Shown one piece after another: positions 29,829-40,029 of a stretch of DNA of 64,000 bases; position 1 is the stretch's first letter; every line of letters starts with the position of its first letter. This DNA is from Candidatus Doudnabacteria bacterium (GTDB lineage Bacteria; Patescibacteriota; Doudnabacteria; UBA920). The DNA is taken from positions 11,915 to 75,914 of the forward strand of contig CAWINB010000001.1 of NCBI GenBank assembly GCA_963837465.1. The letters are read 5' to 3'. The notes below the pieces were generated by a model. It was not told the origin of the DNA. It did not search any database and worked only from the letters and a program-made list of their open reading frames with translations. The position numbers were made by a program, and so were the translations under genes.

Positions 29829-30383
29829 ATGATATTCCTCCAGCATATTTTTACCTCGGTTGCCTTTGCCCAAAGCGCGGCGGCGCAATCAAGCTCTCCG
29901 GTCGCGGTTTTGGGTTTGAACGCCAAATTATTCATCGCCCAGTTAATCAACTTCGCGGTTGTCCTGTTTATTTTATGGAAATGGGTGTTTACGCCGGTAG
30001 CCAAAAAACTCCAGGAGCGCACCGACCGCATAGAAAAGGCCATGAATGACGCCGACCGCGTTGCCAAAGAAAAAGCCGAATTTGAAAAGTGGCGGCAGGA
30101 ACAAATGGGTCAGGCGCGGCAGGAAGCGTCGGTCATCATCACTAAAGCCGAAGTTGATGCCGGAAAAGTAAAAGACGACATGCTCCGCCAAGCCAAACAA
30201 GAACAGCAAAAATTGACAGACCAGGCCAAAAAGCAAATGGCGCGGGAAAAAGAACAGACAATGAACAGCGCCAAATCCGAACTGGCCGACTTAATTACCA
30301 ACGCCACGGAAAAAATTTTGCGCCATAAGCTGGATGACAAAAAGGACGCGGAGCTGGTTAAGGAGAGTTTAAAAAGTATGTAG
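29829..30383 (+). CDS. atpF: F0F1 ATP synthase subunit b.
   Basis: N-terminal TM then long charged coiled coil, position in operon. Confidence 0.85.
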   Translation: MIFLQHIFTSVAFAQSAAAQSSSPVAVLGLNAKLFIAQLINFAVVLFILWKWVFTPVAKKLQERTDRIEKAMNDADRVAKEKAEFEKWRQEQMGQARQEASVIITKAEVDAGKVKDDMLRQAKQEQQKLTDQAKKQMAREKEQTMNSAKSELADLITNATEKILRHKLDDKKDAELVKESLKSM

Positions 30384-30454
30384 CATGTGGCGTCATCCCG
30401 GAAATTTTGAGCGCATCCGAAAAATTGTCCGGGATCCATACTCAAGCGAAACGG

Positions 30455-30500
30455 TGTCATTCCGAGGAGGAGCGCGCCCGACGGCGAAGCAGTCTTTTTC
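30455..30500. repeat. Half copy (left arm) of the palindromic element family.
   Basis: gtcattccgaggaggagcgcgcccgacggcgaagcagtct matches the left arm GTCATTGCGAGGAG...CGACGAAGCAATCT. No right arm. Confidence 0.5.
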
Positions 30501-30506
30501 AGCTTA

Positions 30507-30802
30507 TGCTTAGCAAGACTTACTGTGTTTGCATCCTAACGAATTTTAATAACGCTGTTCTCTATACTGAAGTTACAAATGACCTGGTGCGCAGAGTTTA
30601 TGAGCATAAAAGTCATCTCATTAAAGGGTTTACCGACAAGTATAATGTGATGAAATTAGTATGTTTTGAGTCTGCGGATGAAATCGAAGGCGCCATACTG
30701 AGAGAAAAACAAATTAAAGGCGGCTCCCGTCGGAAGAATATTGATTTAATTAATTCTAAAAATCCCGCTTGGAAAGATTTATATAATGAAATCGCCGGAT
30801 AA
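30507..30802 (+). CDS. GIY-YIG nuclease family protein (YhbQ/UPF0213-like, ~98 aa).
   Basis: AVLYTEVTNDLVRRVYEHKS...GFTDKYNVMKLVCFESADEIEGAILREKQIKGGSRRKNIDLI matches the GIY-YIG fold order. Sits between atpF and atpH, flanked by element copies. Confidence 0.8.
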
Positions 30803-30905
30803 GTGTCACCGCGGGGAAGCGCATTCGACCGAAGCGATCTTATCTGGAATTAAATAAGGATTGCTTCGTCGGCCAGCCAAAGCCCTGGCCTCCTCGCGAT
30901 GACAC
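30803..30905. repeat. Full palindromic element (103 bp), intergenic, inverted orientation relative to the in-frame copies.
   Basis: GTGTCACCGCGGGGAAGCGCATTCGACCGAAGCGATCT ... GGATTGCTTCGTCGGCCAGCC...CCTCCTCGCGATGACAC. Termini GTGTCA/TGACAC, inner CGAAGCRATC pair. Confidence 0.65.
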
Positions 30906-30915
30906 TCACCATATT

Positions 30916-31305
30916 ATGCCTAAACTCACCCCAACCCAATACGCCCAGGCGCTTTACGACGCGGTCTTGGAAACCAAGGATCACGACGTGGTTTTGAACA
31001 ACTTCGTCAAGATTTTGGCGCAAAACGGCGACTTGGCCAAACACGACGAAATCCAGGAAGAATACCGCAAAATTGATATGAAAGCCAAAGGCATTAAAGA
31101 AGTCCAAACCACCTTTGCCCACGACCTGCATAACAACCATCAAATAGTAGAAGAACTCAACAAAGTGGTAAAAGGCAAAGCTGAATTTAAATCCAAAATA
31201 GACGAAAACATTATCGGCGGAGTGGTGATAAGGGTGGACGACACGCTGATTGACGCGAGCGTGAAGACGCAGTTGAGGAATTTGAATAAGTCTTTAAAAT
31301 TTTAG
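30916..31305 (+). CDS. atpH: F0F1 ATP synthase subunit delta (OSCP). Short at 129 aa, possibly N-terminally shortened.
   Basis: C-terminal IIGGVVIRVDDTLIDASVKTQLRNL typical of delta. Start is 10 nt after the palindromic element. Confidence 0.7.
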   Translation: MPKLTPTQYAQALYDAVLETKDHDVVLNNFVKILAQNGDLAKHDEIQEEYRKIDMKAKGIKEVQTTFAHDLHNNHQIVEELNKVVKGKAEFKSKIDENIIGGVVIRVDDTLIDASVKTQLRNLNKSLKF

Positions 31306-31309
31306 GTTT

Positions 31310-31606
31310 ATGAAAATTTTTGAAAGGATTATTGGAGCTATAGGAATTTTAGGGTTATTTTATTCAATTTATTTGCTTGTATTTTTGAAAGGGTTTCAAG
31401 GCCTGGGAGCGCTAATCACGCTGCCCTTAAGTTTAGTACTCTCAATATTCTTTTTTAACAGTTTTTTAAAAAAGCCAATAAAAAATTCAGGGTCTGCCAT
31501 AGCGACAACTAATAGATTCTCCCCGATAGTTGTCCTAGGAATACTAATTATAATAGCTATTTTAATTATTTTAATATATTTTCAAGTTTTAAATCCTAAA
31601 TCTTAA
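31310..31606 (+). CDS. Hypothetical small membrane protein inserted between atpH and atpA.
   Basis: 98 aa, three hydrophobic segments. Confidence 0.4.
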   Translation: MKIFERIIGAIGILGLFYSIYLLVFLKGFQGLGALITLPLSLVLSIFFFNSFLKKPIKNSGSAIATTNRFSPIVVLGILIIIAILIILIYFQVLNPKS

Positions 31607-31615
31607 ATCCAACTT

Positions 31616-33118
31616 ATGGCTCAAAATATCGTACAACAGCTTAAAGATAAAATTTTAGAATTCCAGCCTACTGCCAAAGTGGAAAAGGTTGGGACGGTTT
31701 TGGAGGTGGGGGATGGCGTGGCGCGGGTGAGTGGGTTGACCGAAGCTGGAAGTATGGAGATGTTGGATTTTGGCAATAATGTTACCGGAGTTGCTTTAAA
31801 CTTGGAAGAAAATTTGGTGGGTTCCATTATTCTTGGAGATTATACCGGCATTAAGGTTGGTGATACCGTACGGTCGACCGGGAAAATCCTTTCCGTACCT
31901 GTCGGTGAAAATTTAATTGGCCGCACGGTTAGCGCTTTGGGTTTGCCGATTGACGGCAAGGGTGATATTAAAGAAAATGCTTTTTACCCGGTGGAAAAAA
32001 TCGCTCCGGGAGTTATTACCAGGCAATCGGTCAAACAGCCGGTGCAAACGGGAGTTAAAGCCATTGACGCGCTCATTCCAATTGGCCGCGGACAGCGTGA
32101 ATTGATTATCGGCGACCGCCAAACCGGCAAGACCGCCGTGGCCATAGACACCATCATCAACCAAAAAGGCCAGAATATGATTTGTATTTACGTGGCTATT
32201 GGGCAAAAAGAAAGCAAAGTTGCCAAAATTGTGGCGTCGCTGGAAAAAGCGGACGCGATGGAATACACAATTGTCGTGGTTTCGGGAGCCAGCGAACCAG
32301 CCGCGCTTTCTTACATTGCGCCGTACTCCGGTTGCGCTATGGGCGAATATTTTCTTGACCAGGGTAAAGATGTTTTAATCGTATACGATGATTTATCCAA
32401 GCAGGCCGTAGCTTACCGCGAAATTTCCTTACTGCTCCGTCGCCCGCCAGGACGCGAAGCTTATCCGGGGGATGTGTTTTATTTGCACTCCAGATTACTG
32501 GAACGCGCCTGCAAATTAAATCCTGATTTTGGCGGCGGCTCTATAACAGCGCTACCAATCATCGAAACCCAGGCCGGCGACATTTCCGCCTACATTCCGA
32601 CCAACGTTATTTCCATTACCGATGGACAGATATTTTTGGAAACAGATTTGTTTTACAAAGGCATTCGCCCGGCGCTTAACGTCGGCATTTCTGTTTCGCG
32701 CGTAGGCAGCGCCGCCCAAACCAAAGCCATGAAAAAAGTGGCCGGCAAACTTAAACTTTCCCTGGCCCAATTCCGTGAAATGGAAGCCTTCGCGCAATTC
32801 GGCTCGGACTTGGACGCGGAGACAAAACGAACTCTGGATTTAGGCCGCCGCCAAACCGAAATCCTCAAACAACCGCAATACGCTCCGGTATCTTTGGAAA
32901 AACAAGTCACAATTTTGTACGCCGTAAACAACGGCTATATGAACGAAATCCCGGTGGAAAAAATGGCGGAGACGGAAAGCCGATTTCATAAATTTATGGA
33001 AGTGAATGGAAAAGAGATATTAACTGAAATTAGGGATACTAAGGATATTAGCGAGAAAGCGGAGGCTAAATTGAAGGAAGCTATTCAACAGTTTTTGCAA
33101 AGCATTAAGGGGAATTAG
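31616..33118 (+). CDS. atpA: F0F1 ATP synthase subunit alpha.
   Basis: Walker A GDRQTGKT, 500 aa, full-length conservation. Confidence 0.95.
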   Translation: MAQNIVQQLKDKILEFQPTAKVEKVGTVLEVGDGVARVSGLTEAGSMEMLDFGNNVTGVALNLEENLVGSIILGDYTGIKVGDTVRSTGKILSVPVGENLIGRTVSALGLPIDGKGDIKENAFYPVEKIAPGVITRQSVKQPVQTGVKAIDALIPIGRGQRELIIGDRQTGKTAVAIDTIINQKGQNMICIYVAIGQKESKVAKIVASLEKADAMEYTIVVVSGASEPAALSYIAPYSGCAMGEYFLDQGKDVLIVYDDLSKQAVAYREISLLLRRPPGREAYPGDVFYLHSRLLERACKLNPDFGGGSITALPIIETQAGDISAYIPTNVISITDGQIFLETDLFYKGIRPALNVGISVSRVGSAAQTKAMKKVAGKLKLSLAQFREMEAFAQFGSDLDAETKRTLDLGRRQTEILKQPQYAPVSLEKQVTILYAVNNGYMNEIPVEKMAETESRFHKFMEVNGKEILTEIRDTKDISEKAEAKLKEAIQQFLQSIKGN

Positions 33119-33123
33119 GAATT

Positions 33124-33531
33124 ATGAATCAGGAATTAGGAAAGGGAACTGTGAAAAGCCCGATTAAGTCGTTTACGGATTTGGATGCTTGGAAGGAAGG
33201 ACATAAATTGGTTTTGGAAATTTACGAACTTACAAAATCTTTTCCAAAAGAGGAAATGTTTGGCCTCACAAGCCAGATTCGGAGAGCTGTTGTTTCTATT
33301 ACTTCTAATATCGCGGAAGGTTTTAGCAGGCAAACTTATAAAGACAAGCTTCATTTTTACTGCATGTCCCTGGGTTCGCTGACAGAAGTCCAAAACCAAT
33401 TGCTGATAGCCCGCGACTTAAAATATATTCCTACTGAAGATTTTAATGCAACTTCTGAGCAAACAATAAAAGTAAGTAAAATCTTCAATGGTCTAATAAA
33501 GAGCACTAAGTCCCTAATTCATAACTCCTAA
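33124..33531 (+). CDS. Four-helix-bundle protein (TIGR02436, 23S rRNA IVS-protein family), inserted between atpA and atpG.
   Basis: KSFPKEEMFGLTSQIRRAVVSITSNIAEGFSR...LGSLTEVQNQLLIA pattern of the family. Confidence 0.7.
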   Translation: MNQELGKGTVKSPIKSFTDLDAWKEGHKLVLEIYELTKSFPKEEMFGLTSQIRRAVVSITSNIAEGFSRQTYKDKLHFYCMSLGSLTEVQNQLLIARDLKYIPTEDFNATSEQTIKVSKIFNGLIKSTKSLIHNS

Positions 33532-33551
33532 CTCATAATTCATTCTCTCCC

Positions 33552-34568
33552 ATGCCAGGAATTAAAGAGCTCAAAACCAGAATAAAATCCATCGGCAGCA
33601 CGCGCAAGATTACACGCGCGATGCAGATGGTTAGTGCTGCCAAAATGCGCAGGGCCCAGCAGGCGGCTTTGAATTCGAGGACGTACGCGGAGCTGGCTTG
33701 GGAGTTGATTGGCAAGTTGACGGGTGGCGCTAACGGTGTCATTGCGAGGAGGAGTGCGTCCGACGACGAAGCAATCTCTCCGCCAGACGAAAAGATTGCT
33801 TCGGCTGCACTCGCAATGACAGACACGCCGTTACTCCTGCAATCCTTCCCCAAAGCCACCAAAACCGGCATTATCGTAATTACGACGAATACCGGTTTGG
33901 TCGGCGGGTTTAACAGTAATGTTTTAAATATTGCAAATAAAATACAAACAGCCGATGTTGTGGCCGAGCTGTTTGTCATGGGCCGTAAGGCCAAAGACTA
34001 TGCCGTGCGTTTTAATAAAAATTTAAAGGCGGATTTCCAAAAATATGACACGCGAATTAGCATAGAAGCTATTTACCCGCTGGCGAGAATGATTGAAGAT
34101 TTGTACGCGACAGGGGAGTATAAAAACATTTCCATAGTTTACAATAAATTTATTTCCACCTTGAGCCAGAAGCCGACGGTAAAGCAGTTGTTGCCGTTTC
34201 AGCAAGCTTCTTCGGGTGTCATAGCGAGGAGGAGCGCATCCGACGACGAAGCAATCTCATCTCAAGATAAAAAGATTGCGCCGGACGCGCTCGCAATGAC
34301 ACACAAGAGCGCCGACTACCTCTTTGAACCCACCCCCGCCTTCGTCTTAAACAGCCTCCTGCCCCGCATTATAGAATCCCAAATCTACCAAGCCGTGCTG
34401 GAAAGCGACGCCGGCGAACACTCCGCCCGCATGGTCACAATGAAAAACGCCACCGAAGCCGCGGGGGACCTGATTTCAGATTTGACATTAACCTACAATC
34501 AATTAAGACAAAACAAGATAACCACCGAGCTCGCGGAAATTACCGCGGGTAGGATCGCGTTGGAGTAA
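33552..34568 (+). CDS. atpG: F0F1 ATP synthase subunit gamma carrying two in-frame ~28-30 aa insertions encoded by palindromic elements.
   Basis: 338 aa versus ~285 typical. Conserved MQMVSAAKMRRAQ N-terminus and LTYNQLRQNKITTELAEI C-terminus. Inserts VIARRSASDDEAISPPDEKIASAALAMTDT and VIARRSASDDEAISSQDKKIAPDALAMTHK. Confidence 0.9.
   Translation: MPGIKELKTRIKSIGSTRKITRAMQMVSAAKMRRAQQAALNSRTYAELAWELIGKLTGGANGVIARRSASDDEAISPPDEKIASAALAMTDTPLLLQSFPKATKTGIIVITTNTGLVGGFNSNVLNIANKIQTADVVAELFVMGRKAKDYAVRFNKNLKADFQKYDTRISIEAIYPLARMIEDLYATGEYKNISIVYNKFISTLSQKPTVKQLLPFQQASSGVIARRSASDDEAISSQDKKIAPDALAMTHKSADYLFEPTPAFVLNSLLPRIIESQIYQAVLESDAGEHSARMVTMKNATEAAGDLISDLTLTYNQLRQNKITTELAEITAGRIALE
33737..33819. 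repeat. Palindromic element copy (83 bp) inside atpG, in frame.
   Basis: GTCATTGCGAG-gaggagtgcgtccgacgac-GAAGCAATCT-ctccgccagacgaaa-AGATTGCTTC-ggctgcac-CTCGCAATGAC. Perfect 11-bp terminal IR and 10-bp inner IR. Confidence 0.8.
34218..34300. repeat. Palindromic element copy (83 bp) inside atpG, in frame, same orientation.
   Basis: GTCATAGCGAGGAGGAGCGCATCCGACGACGAAGCAATCT...AAAAGATTGCGCCGGACGCGCTCGCAATGAC. Confidence 0.8.
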
Positions 34569-34569
34569 A

Positions 34570-34932
34570 ATGGATATCTACCCAGAATTTGGATCACTGC
34601 TCGAGAGACAAGAAGCTTTAAATAGATTATACGCCCTCAGAGAAGCCCAGGAATCTTTTGAAAACTACGCGGATCCCAAATTAAAAGAATACAAATTGAG
34701 TTCCGGTATCGAAAACAATAGTTTTGACACCGTTACACAACTAAAATTTAGAATAGCTAACCAGACAGATCAGATAGAAAGATTAATTTCTTTATTTACC
34801 GGGGGCAAAGAAGGAGAAGCCACGGTGACAATTAATCAGCTTATTTCAAATCATTTGGAGATCATAGGTCAATACCACTCGTGTCCGGTTAATTTTACCA
34901 TAATTGAGCCTGGTTCTGAGTTTGTGTGTTAG
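34570..34932 (+). CDS. Hypothetical protein between atpG and the IS transposase.
   Basis: 120-aa ORF with balanced composition. 3' end overlaps a 16-bp hairpin (34905-34950) and the transposase 3' end. Confidence 0.35.
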   Translation: MDIYPEFGSLLERQEALNRLYALREAQESFENYADPKLKEYKLSSGIENNSFDTVTQLKFRIANQTDQIERLISLFTGGKEGEATVTINQLISNHLEIIGQYHSCPVNFTIIEPGSEFVC

Positions 34933-36061
34933 TTTCTGGTAACACAAACTCGGAAACCAGCTTAGCTAAAGGAGTTTTATCAAACATGGAAACACTTAAT
35001 ATCTGTAGAATTTCGTAAGAGTTGCGGTTAATGTTCAGCTTCTTTTTTAAAATGGCAACCAGCAGGTAAGCGCAGAGCGCGATACAAATTTGGGTCTTAA
35101 CCGCGTTCTCAGACCGGCCCCAGAAACTCTTAATGCTCAAATGCTGTTTAATCCATTTAAAAAATAATTCAATCTGCCATCTGTACTTGTAGAGCAGGGC
35201 CACAGTTCCCGCGGATAGATTAAAGTTATTAGTCAGAAACACGTAAGTGGAATTGGTTTCGGCATCGTGGTATTTAATCCGTCTCAGCTTTTCCGGATAA
35301 TCTTTAGCGGCATAGTAGTTACTTAGCCGGATTATTTGATCGCAGATGACACCGCTAGTTTTATCAACGGGGCCGGAATACAACCTTTTGTAGGCCATAT
35401 TGTCCTTGGCTCTGGTGACAAAGAACGCGTTGGCCTGATGAATTCTGTAAAGCCTTTCAAAGTCAATGTAGCCCCGATCCATAATGTAGTAAGCGCCGGC
35501 TTCGTAGACTAATAAATCCAGAAAGTCTAAATCATGGGTTTTTCCCGAGGAAATATGGAAAAAAGCCGGAATACTGCCTTTGAGTTCCATCGCCAGATGC
35601 AGTTTAACCGCCGCCCTTACTGTCTTGAGTTTCGCCCAGGGAAAAAGATTCAGACAAAGCTCAATGGTCGTGGAATCGATGACATAGACTGTGCCGCCAA
35701 GTTCCAGATTAAAAGTTTTGTCTGTTACATACAATTTTCTGGCCTCATTAATCAGCACTTGGGCGTAATCCCAATAAATGCGCCAGTCACGATGTTCGTT
35801 GGCATCGGCTAAAGTGGTACGGGTAACTGCCGAACAAAAACCTAAGTGGTAAAGTTTCTCATGCTGAGCGTTTAAGCAGACCACGATGTCACGCAAACTT
35901 TCTCTAAAGGATAGCTGGCCAAAGGCCATAGCCAGAAATTGTTCCCAGCAGGAGAAGTTTTTAACCCGATACTCGCCCCTGTACCTGGCAACACATTTAT
36001 TGAATTTGTAACGAACTACTTGTTCCATAATCTGTGAAAAAACATACTTTCCTTGGTTCAT
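34895..36061 (-). CDS. IS4-family DDE transposase, antisense to the atp operon, between atpG and atpD.
   Basis: DDE_Tnp_1-like motifs: VIDSTTIELCL (D1), YYIMDRGYIDF (D2), YKYRWQIELFFKWIKQHL (Y-R-E-K signature). Confidence 0.8.
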   Translation of the reverse strand: MNQGKYVFSQIMEQVVRYKFNKCVARYRGEYRVKNFSCWEQFLAMAFGQLSFRESLRDIVVCLNAQHEKLYHLGFCSAVTRTTLADANEHRDWRIYWDYAQVLINEARKLYVTDKTFNLELGGTVYVIDSTTIELCLNLFPWAKLKTVRAAVKLHLAMELKGSIPAFFHISSGKTHDLDFLDLLVYEAGAYYIMDRGYIDFERLYRIHQANAFFVTRAKDNMAYKRLYSGPVDKTSGVICDQIIRLSNYYAAKDYPEKLRRIKYHDAETNSTYVFLTNNFNLSAGTVALLYKYRWQIELFFKWIKQHLSIKSFWGRSENAVKTQICIALCAYLLVAILKKKLNINRNSYEILQILSVSMFDKTPLAKLVSEFVLPETNTQTQNQAQLW

Positions 36062-36234
36062 AAAGATAATCAAAGGTTAATTCCCTTAATTATCCCATAG
36101 CCCAAATTCAAATCGAAAAATATGTTTTTGTCAGATTACGGCTCAATTAAAATCATTTTAAACTTTTATTAAAAATTAACCGGACACGAGTGAGGTCAAT
36201 ACAATAGAATTTTTAGTGACAAGTATACAACTAA

Positions 36235-37698
<1,464 letters not shown>

Positions 37699-37708
37699 TA
37701 GCGGCTAG

Positions 37709-37783
37709 CGTTTAGTGATTAGCGTTTAGCGTTTAGAAGCCGCTATGCTAAACGCTAAACGCTATACGCTAAACCCTAATCAC
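37709..37783. repeat. Long near-perfect hairpin built from CGTTTAG/CTAAACG repeats between atpD and atpC.
   Basis: ggctagcgtttagtgattagcgtttagcgtttag aagccgctatg ctaaacgctaaacgctatacgctaaaccctaatcacc, ~33-bp stem. Confidence 0.6.
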
Positions 37784-37785
37784 CT

Positions 37786-38235
37786 ATGACCCTAGATTTT
37801 CAACTCGTTACCCCCGAAAAAACCGTTTTGTCCCAAGAACTGGTGTCTTTAACCTGCCCGACCAACCTTGGCTACATTACTATTTTACCAGGCCATGAGC
37901 CTCTAGTGGCGACTTTGGCGCCAGGGGAAATCCATACAAGGTCATCTGCCGGACAAGACTCTTATATTTTTGTTTCCGGCGGATTTGCGCAGGTAAACCC
38001 CGGCAGCCAGGTTATTGTATTGGCCGATCAGGCCGAGCACCATTACGAAATAGACGAACAAAAGGCCGAGGAGGCAAAGCAGAAGGCGCAAAAGGAGCTG
38101 GCCGAGCGCGGAATGTCTTCGGAAGAATACGCTTCGGTTTCAGCCTCACTTGAAAAAAGTCTGGCGAGGCTGGATGTAAAGCGCAGGCGTTCCGGCCGGC
38201 GCTCTCAGATAATCCAGCCGGATAATTTGGAATAA
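37786..38235 (+). CDS. atpC: F0F1 ATP synthase subunit epsilon (with basic C-terminal extension).
   Basis: N-terminal beta-sandwich (LVTPEKTVLSQELVSL...ILPGHEPL) then helical hairpin. Operon position. Confidence 0.85.
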   Translation: MTLDFQLVTPEKTVLSQELVSLTCPTNLGYITILPGHEPLVATLAPGEIHTRSSAGQDSYIFVSGGFAQVNPGSQVIVLADQAEHHYEIDEQKAEEAKQKAQKELAERGMSSEEYASVSASLEKSLARLDVKRRRSGRRSQIIQPDNLE

Positions 38236-38279
38236 TAACCGCAAGGAACGGCGATAAGCCGCTCCTTTTAACTTCAAGC

Positions 38280-38990
38280 ATGGAAATGCCGTACCGCCCC
38301 AAATCTTTTTTGGAAAAATTTGGATTTAAAGTTTATGATTTGCTTGTGGACAACTTTCCGCGAACTTTTTTTGTCGGCGGCACGGCGCGAGACATATTGC
38401 TTAAAAGAAAAGTAACTGATATTGACATTGCCACCGCTGCCGCTCCGGATGAAGTCCTTAACATACTAAAGTCGGCGGGCCTGAAAACCGGCCTTAACGG
38501 AAGACCGTTTGGGGTCATTGCGGCGGAAAAGGGGGCCATGACGGTTGAAGTCGCGTCTTTCAGGACCGAAGCTTACCGGGGGTCCCGTTATCCTGAAATT
38601 CGCTTTATAACAAACCCAAAGGTTGACAGCAAACGTCGGGACTTAACGGTTAATTCCTTATATTTTAGCCCGAAATTAAATAAAATATTGGATTTCCACG
38701 GCGGCCAAAACGACTTAAAATCAAACAGGCTAAAATTTATAGGGGATCCCGTCAAGCGGATAAAAGAGGATCCCCTGCGTATTATCCGGACGCTCAGGTT
38801 TTCTTTGTCGCTTGATTTTAAAATTGACGCCGGAAGCTTTAAGGCAATAAAAAAGAATATGGGTTTGTTGAAAAATATTTCGGAAAATAAAAAACTCGGC
38901 GAAATAAATAAGTTAAAAAATAAAAGGCAAAAATTAATTTTGGAACGGATTATCAGCGACCCTTTATTGCTTGACAAATATTTTAAATAG
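38280..38990 (+). CDS. tRNA nucleotidyltransferase (CCA-adding enzyme) / poly(A) polymerase head-domain protein, minimal form.
   Basis: FFVGGTARDILL...DIDIAT Pol-beta-like motif, RRDLTVNSLYF, DPLRIIRTLRF. Confidence 0.75.
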   Translation: MEMPYRPKSFLEKFGFKVYDLLVDNFPRTFFVGGTARDILLKRKVTDIDIATAAAPDEVLNILKSAGLKTGLNGRPFGVIAAEKGAMTVEVASFRTEAYRGSRYPEIRFITNPKVDSKRRDLTVNSLYFSPKLNKILDFHGGQNDLKSNRLKFIGDPVKRIKEDPLRIIRTLRFSLSLDFKIDAGSFKAIKKNMGLLKNISENKKLGEINKLKNKRQKLILERIISDPLLLDKYFK

Positions 38991-39173
38991 CCGTAAAATA
39001 AAAGCAGATAAAAATATTGTCTTTAAAAAAATAAAGGCGCGCGGATATCGGAAACGAAAATTAAACAAGACAGGAAGAAAAGTATTACCTAACTACCTCT
39101 CCGTTAAAAACGGAAAGTAGAAAATTAAGAAAGCTTGGCCAAAATTCAGTCGGGCTTTCAGGAGATTAGCCCA

Positions 39174-39242
39174 ATGGCTATGAAGAAAAAGAAAAAGGTT
39201 GTAAAAAAGAAAAAAGGCGGCGCGAAAAATAAGAAGAGATAG
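39174..39242 (+). CDS. Possible 22-aa Lys-rich micro-protein (MAMKKKKKVVKKKKGGAKNKKR).
   Basis: GGAG RBS 8 nt upstream. Followed by a hairpin terminator (39272-39310). Could be spurious. Confidence 0.25.
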   Translation: MAMKKKKKVVKKKKGGAKNKKR

Positions 39243-39373
39243 TCGCCTCCAACCTTTTCCGCTAAACACGGAAACAAAACCATCCTCAAAATTAGGATGG
39301 TTTTGTTTTAGGCCTGTTCTGAAAAGCTTGCTTTTTTACATTAGTTTTTGTATAATATAAAAGGTTTAAATAT

Positions 39374-39449
39374 CGCGGGATAGAGCAATTGGCAGCTCGC
39401 AAGGCTCATAACCTTGAGGTTCCCGGTTCGAGTCCGGGTCCCGCAACCA
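39374..39449 (+). tRNA. tRNA-Met (CAU), likely initiator tRNA-fMet.
   Basis: CGCGGGA...TCCCGCAACCA with C1xA72 mismatch as in bacterial initiators. Anticodon loop CTCATAA. Confidence 0.8.
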
Positions 39450-39583
39450 AGCTAGTTTTGTATAAGCATAGAAAATTAGCTTGGTTAAAACCTGAAAATC
39501 GTGACAGATTTTGTGGCTCTCTGTCCGAGAGCTTTTTGCTTGCCTGATAACCTGTTAAAAGCCGACGGTCGGCTAAATCATCT

Positions 39584-39660
39584 GCCGGGGTAGCTCAGTT
39601 AGTTAGAGCGTGGGACTCATAAGCCCAAGGTCAGAGGTGCAATTCCTCTCCTCGGCACCA
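39584..39660 (+). tRNA. tRNA with CAU anticodon (elongator Met or Ile2/lysidine).
   Basis: Acceptor GCCGGGG/CCTCGGC fully paired, anticodon loop CTCATAA, T-loop TGCAATT, CCA encoded. Confidence 0.75.
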
Positions 39661-39738
39661 AAAATTAGTTAAAAGTTGAAAGTGTAAAGTCAAAAGTCGC
39701 GATACTTTTAACTTTCAACTCCTAAATTTAAACTTACA

Positions 39739-39816
39739 CGGACTGGTAGCTCAGTTGGTTAGAGCGCTCCCCTGTCACGGGAGAGGTCGCGGGTTCGAGT
39801 CCCGTTCAGTCCGCCA
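39739..39816 (+). tRNA. tRNA-Asp (GUC).
   Basis: GGACTGG acceptor, anticodon loop CTGTCAC, T-loop TTCGAGT, CCA encoded. Confidence 0.85.
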
Positions 39817-39970
39817 TCGTAAAAATTTCCACTTTTAACCAGTCTGTCAAAGGGCTGGTTTAGTGTTAAACTGAGGACTTGTTGTCTTCTATAGTAAAGT
39901 TCAATTTGCCCCAATCTGGAGAAAATTGCCGTAATTTCGCCGGAAGATTATTTTAAAAGACGACTATCCC

Positions 39971-39999
39971 TTGACAGCAGGTATTATATCTGCTAATAT
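39971..39999 (+). promoter_or_regulatory. Consensus sigma70-like promoter partly inside IRL, driving the transposase gene.
   Basis: TTGACA (39971-39976), 17 nt, TAATAT (39994-39999). Confidence 0.5.
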
Positions 40000-40029
40000 T
40001 ACTGTATAACCAGTAAATAAAGGGATTTT

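Noticed and set aside
30390-30450. Second palindrome (atcccggaaatttt...aaaattgtccgggat) as another mobile-element copy
   Set aside because: It has no similarity to the GTCATTGCGAG family. Its position right after atpF suggests an ordinary terminator hairpin.
34890-36200. Precise IS4 element boundaries and terminal IRs
   Set aside because: The transposase is clear but I could not find a convincing matching IR pair flanking it. The 16-bp hairpin at 34905-34950 is more likely a terminator, so only the CDS is reported.
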